Below the pieces are notes generated by a model. The model saw nothing but the letters and a program-made list of their open reading frames with translations. It was not told the DNA's origin and did no database searches. Positions 58,846 to 64,000 of a stretch of DNA of 64,000 nucleotides are shown here, piece by piece. The stretch lies in NCBI GenBank assembly GCA_907165135.1, contig OU015568.1:8184001-8248000 (forward strand). Direction: 5' to 3'. The DNA is from Oikopleura dioica (lineage: Eukaryota > Animalia > Chordata). The translations under genes and the position numbers were made by a program. Each line of letters begins with the position of its first letter. Positions within the stretch are counted from its first letter, which is position 1.

Positions 58846-59788
58846 GACATTCAGATTTTCAGGATAAATGCAAGCCTTCTCTTGTAGTGAAATGGGCGTT
58901 GGCCTTCAGTAAACACAAGTATCAGGAAAAGGATACTCATTTTCCTTCTTTCCTTGCAGATAAACAAACATATTGTCAATATGATATTGACACTAGTCCA
59001 GAGTCCATTAGGTATGTGTCTACGTTAGCGTTTTATATAATAGACTTAGTCTATGCCATAGACTCTATGGCAATAAATAACAAGTAGAATTAATCCACCA
59101 TCATTGTCAAAAGACCCTCAGGTTATAAATTGCGGCTATGCGAGCCAAGCTCGGCAAGAAATGAAAAGTGGCTCTCGATCGATTAAATCTAATTAGAATT
59201 GTGACGATTATTGCCACGGATCTGGATGTTTCCCTTGCGTCCCTCGTGAGTTCATCCTTTTTTTCACGCGAGATGAGGCAGAAAAATTAATTTTCAAAGG
59301 GGGAGAAAACGTAATTTTGTCAATTTTGAGGATGACCTCGAGAGATGGGGTTGTCTTCAACCCGGCGGAAATTGTTGCCGCTTACAGATGGTAAGCGATC
59401 GGACTTATACTGTATATACTTAAAAAGATATCTTTGGGAGGTCCTTTTTCATGGTTCTCTTCCTTGATTTCAACATTCAAAAATTGATAAATCCAATTTT
59501 TTTTCCAAAAAAACATCCATCAAGTCAGCTTGCGTTCTTATCTCCAGAGCTGCTCGTTAGCTTGGATGATCCCTTTTTTGCATCGTCTGTTGACAATAGA
59601 GCGATGGACTCCCCCGCGTGTGTCAATTATCAAATAGCAGTCTGGTTAAAAATTAACTAAACATCTCATTCAAACAAACGATACGAGAATTCCATTTTCG
59701 GAAAAACGATCAAATAAAAAGAAACGAAACATCGTGGAATTTACTTTTCAATAGAGAACTGAGTTTCTAAAGAGAAAATTAAAGGGCG

Positions 59789-61420
59789 ATGAACGGGAGT
59801 TTCGCGACGCAAACGAAGACACTGAAGATTGAAAAAGGGGCGAATGGATTTGGGATAGCGCTCAACGGTGGGGCGAAGACTGTCAATCAATTTACAGGAG
59901 ATACAGGGTATGTTAATTATCATCAAATTGAATAAAACTCGAAAGCATGGGATTTTTGTGGAACGATTTTTTTGTAAGAAATCGTCATTTTTATCAAGCT
60001 TTTCCCTTTCTTTTAAGAATCTTCGTCTCCGATGTTCTCCAAGGACCAGCGTTTGGTTTACTCATTGCGGGCGACAAAGTGCTCGAGATCAATGGTATTT
60101 CAATGGAGAAAGCGGAGAAACCGCAAGCCACCGATCTCCTGAAGCGGAGCAAAACAGCTACCTTCAAAGTGGCACGTCGAGTTCCGACGAACCCAATGTC
60201 GACAATGATGGCTCCCATGGGACAGATGCCAGTTCAAATGCAACAGTACCAAGCAATGATGCAAAATTCGTAAGCTCAAAGGGCTAAAATTGATGGTAAC
60301 AGTGATTTCAGGACGATGAACCCGCAGCAGACAATGCAATTCCAGCAACAGATGAATGAGCAAATGATGCTGAATCAAACCCAGCAGGCTCCACCGCCAG
60401 TTCAAAATATGGGAGATGTTATTAACTCTGCTGAAGGTCAAAAAAGGTTCCTAAGATCTTGAATTAATCAGTCGTGGACGATTCTTTAGGTTGAAGAATT
60501 TTGAACCAAGCGAAGAATCGGAAGACTTCTCTTCGGACGAAGAAAAGAAGCCAAAAAAGAACAAGAAAAAGCATCGTAAACGATCTTCAAGCTATTCCAG
60601 GTAAATTTACGGAGGCATAAAATCGCAGAATTCAAGGCGAGATAAATTTTCAGTCGCTCGAGCTCACGTGGAAGAACAAAGACGTCGAAGTCGAAGAAAA
60701 AGTCCAAAGCTCGCAAATCATCCTCGTCCTACTCTCGCGGCTCTTCGGTTGAACGTGAACTCGCGCAGATTAAAATCAGAGACAAGTACGCCGTCATCCC
60801 TGTCAAAGCTCACGAACCGAGGACGGTGACGTTGAAAAAGTCACACGGGCAGTCGTTTGGAATGAAGTTGGGAACACGCGTCTTCGTTCAAAGCATCAAT
60901 CCTGGCGGAGTCGCGGAAAATAACGATGTAAGTCGATTTTTCATCTCTTTTTCTGAATTATTTCTTTTTTAAGGTCAACCAAAACGACTTGATTCTCTCC
61001 GTCAATGGAGCTTCGACAGATTCTCTAACGATTCCGGAAGTTCTTGAGAAAATAAAAGGATCTGATACGGTAAGCAAACATCAACGCACCGTAATAACGC
61101 CTTTTTAGCTTGTTCTGGAAGTGCAGCAAATCGACGGGGGAACTGTAACTCTTCCTTCAACAGTCTTGAACCAGAGTTCTAGCGAAAGAGGGAGCTCGTC
61201 AAAACATTCGTCTTCGAAAAAAGGATCAAAAAGTTCAAAGTCGCATCATCGATCCTCCTCAAGACACAGGTAAACAACGATCAGTGAATCTCTTACCCAA
61301 CCCCCCAGGTCACGTGATCATCGGAGACGATCTTCATCTGACGATTACAGGGATGACTATCGCTACAAGTACAGTTACACCCACGAGCCAGTTGTGAATC
61401 AAAAGAGCACCCATGTATAG
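59789..61420 (+). CDS. Mini zonula occludens (ZO/TJP)-like protein with only PDZ1 and PDZ2
   Basis: PDZ1 GANGFGIALNGG...IFVSDVLQGPA...GDKVLEING; Q-rich and RS-rich linker; PDZ2 TVTLKKSHGQSFGMKLGTRVFVQSI...NDLILSVNG; ends KSTHV*; AATAAA at about 61454. Confidence 0.8.
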
Positions 61421-61806
61421 TTGAAAATCTGCTTCGATCTGCTGAGATGCTGAAATAAACGACTACTATTTGCTATTCACTTCTTACTGTTTGCATTAGT
61501 CAAACAGCGAAAAATAAACTGAATCATTCCATTTCCATGCTGTTTTACGTATCACAAAGTAAAGAGATGGAATATATAAACGGCCCGCGGGCATTCTTAA
61601 AACTGCTTCAAAGCAAAATGAACGGCAAATGAAATTATACGAGTCCATCGACACGTAGGCGGAGCAAACTCATCGTTGATTCCCCAAGCTCATTTTCTTA
61701 TTCAATGAATTATTGAAGCTATGAGACAAAAACTGTGACTCGCCCTTATTTAACGACGTTTGATTTTGATGAGTAACTTCGCGATTATTTAGAGAAACGG
61801 AGAATA

Positions 61807-63749
<1,943 letters not shown>

Positions 63750-64000
63750 TTCTGCTTTTCCATTTCTGTGTCTTCGCAAACAAGCAATAAAATCCTTCAC
63801 TCCAAAGATAGAAACTGGTCAATATGTAAACAACAGTACAAGTGTGCCTGTAATCTCAAAGATTGCCAAGCTCGAACGGGCACGAGGGCAGCTGCAACAA
63901 GCGCCTTCGAAAAATTTGCTCAAGTGTAAACGGCGGTATTGATCGGGCGAATTCGTCTTGAAAATTTGAGAATTTCATGAATTTTCTATTTTGCTTTTGA

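Overview
Eukaryotic, very gene-dense sequence with tiny (about 35-70 nt) introns, several non-canonical GA-AG/GC-AG introns, closely packed co-oriented genes and a Tor-like Ty3/gypsy retroelement. This combination points to the larvacean tunicate Oikopleura (inference; no database search was possible). The window holds the 3' half of an LTR retrotransposon (pol, an extra non-env basic ORF, 3' LTR) and about 25 host genes. These include a Tudor-like gene, a Ly6/three-finger mucin, DnaJ, XPNPEP1, a patatin lipase, three tandem RING paralogues, a PR-less Blimp-1-like zinc-finger gene, a giant FN3/Sushi/LDLa/vWA protein with a nested antisense gene, a carbohydrate sulfotransferase, a 4E-BP-like gene, a CD-MPR-like receptor, ZP, PDZ, PLAT and mini-ZO genes, and copine. 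DNA transposons comprise one near-intact hAT with transposase, three non-autonomous hATs with 8-bp TSDs, two tandem TTAA-flanked foldback MITEs and smaller MITEs. The top lead is a hAT with CTAGGA...TCCTAG ends sitting inside the eIF4E-binding motif of a 4E-BP-like gene that lacks recognisable mTOR sites. Its ends form a frame-preserving GA-AG intron, which suggests an introner-like mechanism; two other MITE-filled introns point the same way. All exon structures were inferred by hand and need RNA confirmation.
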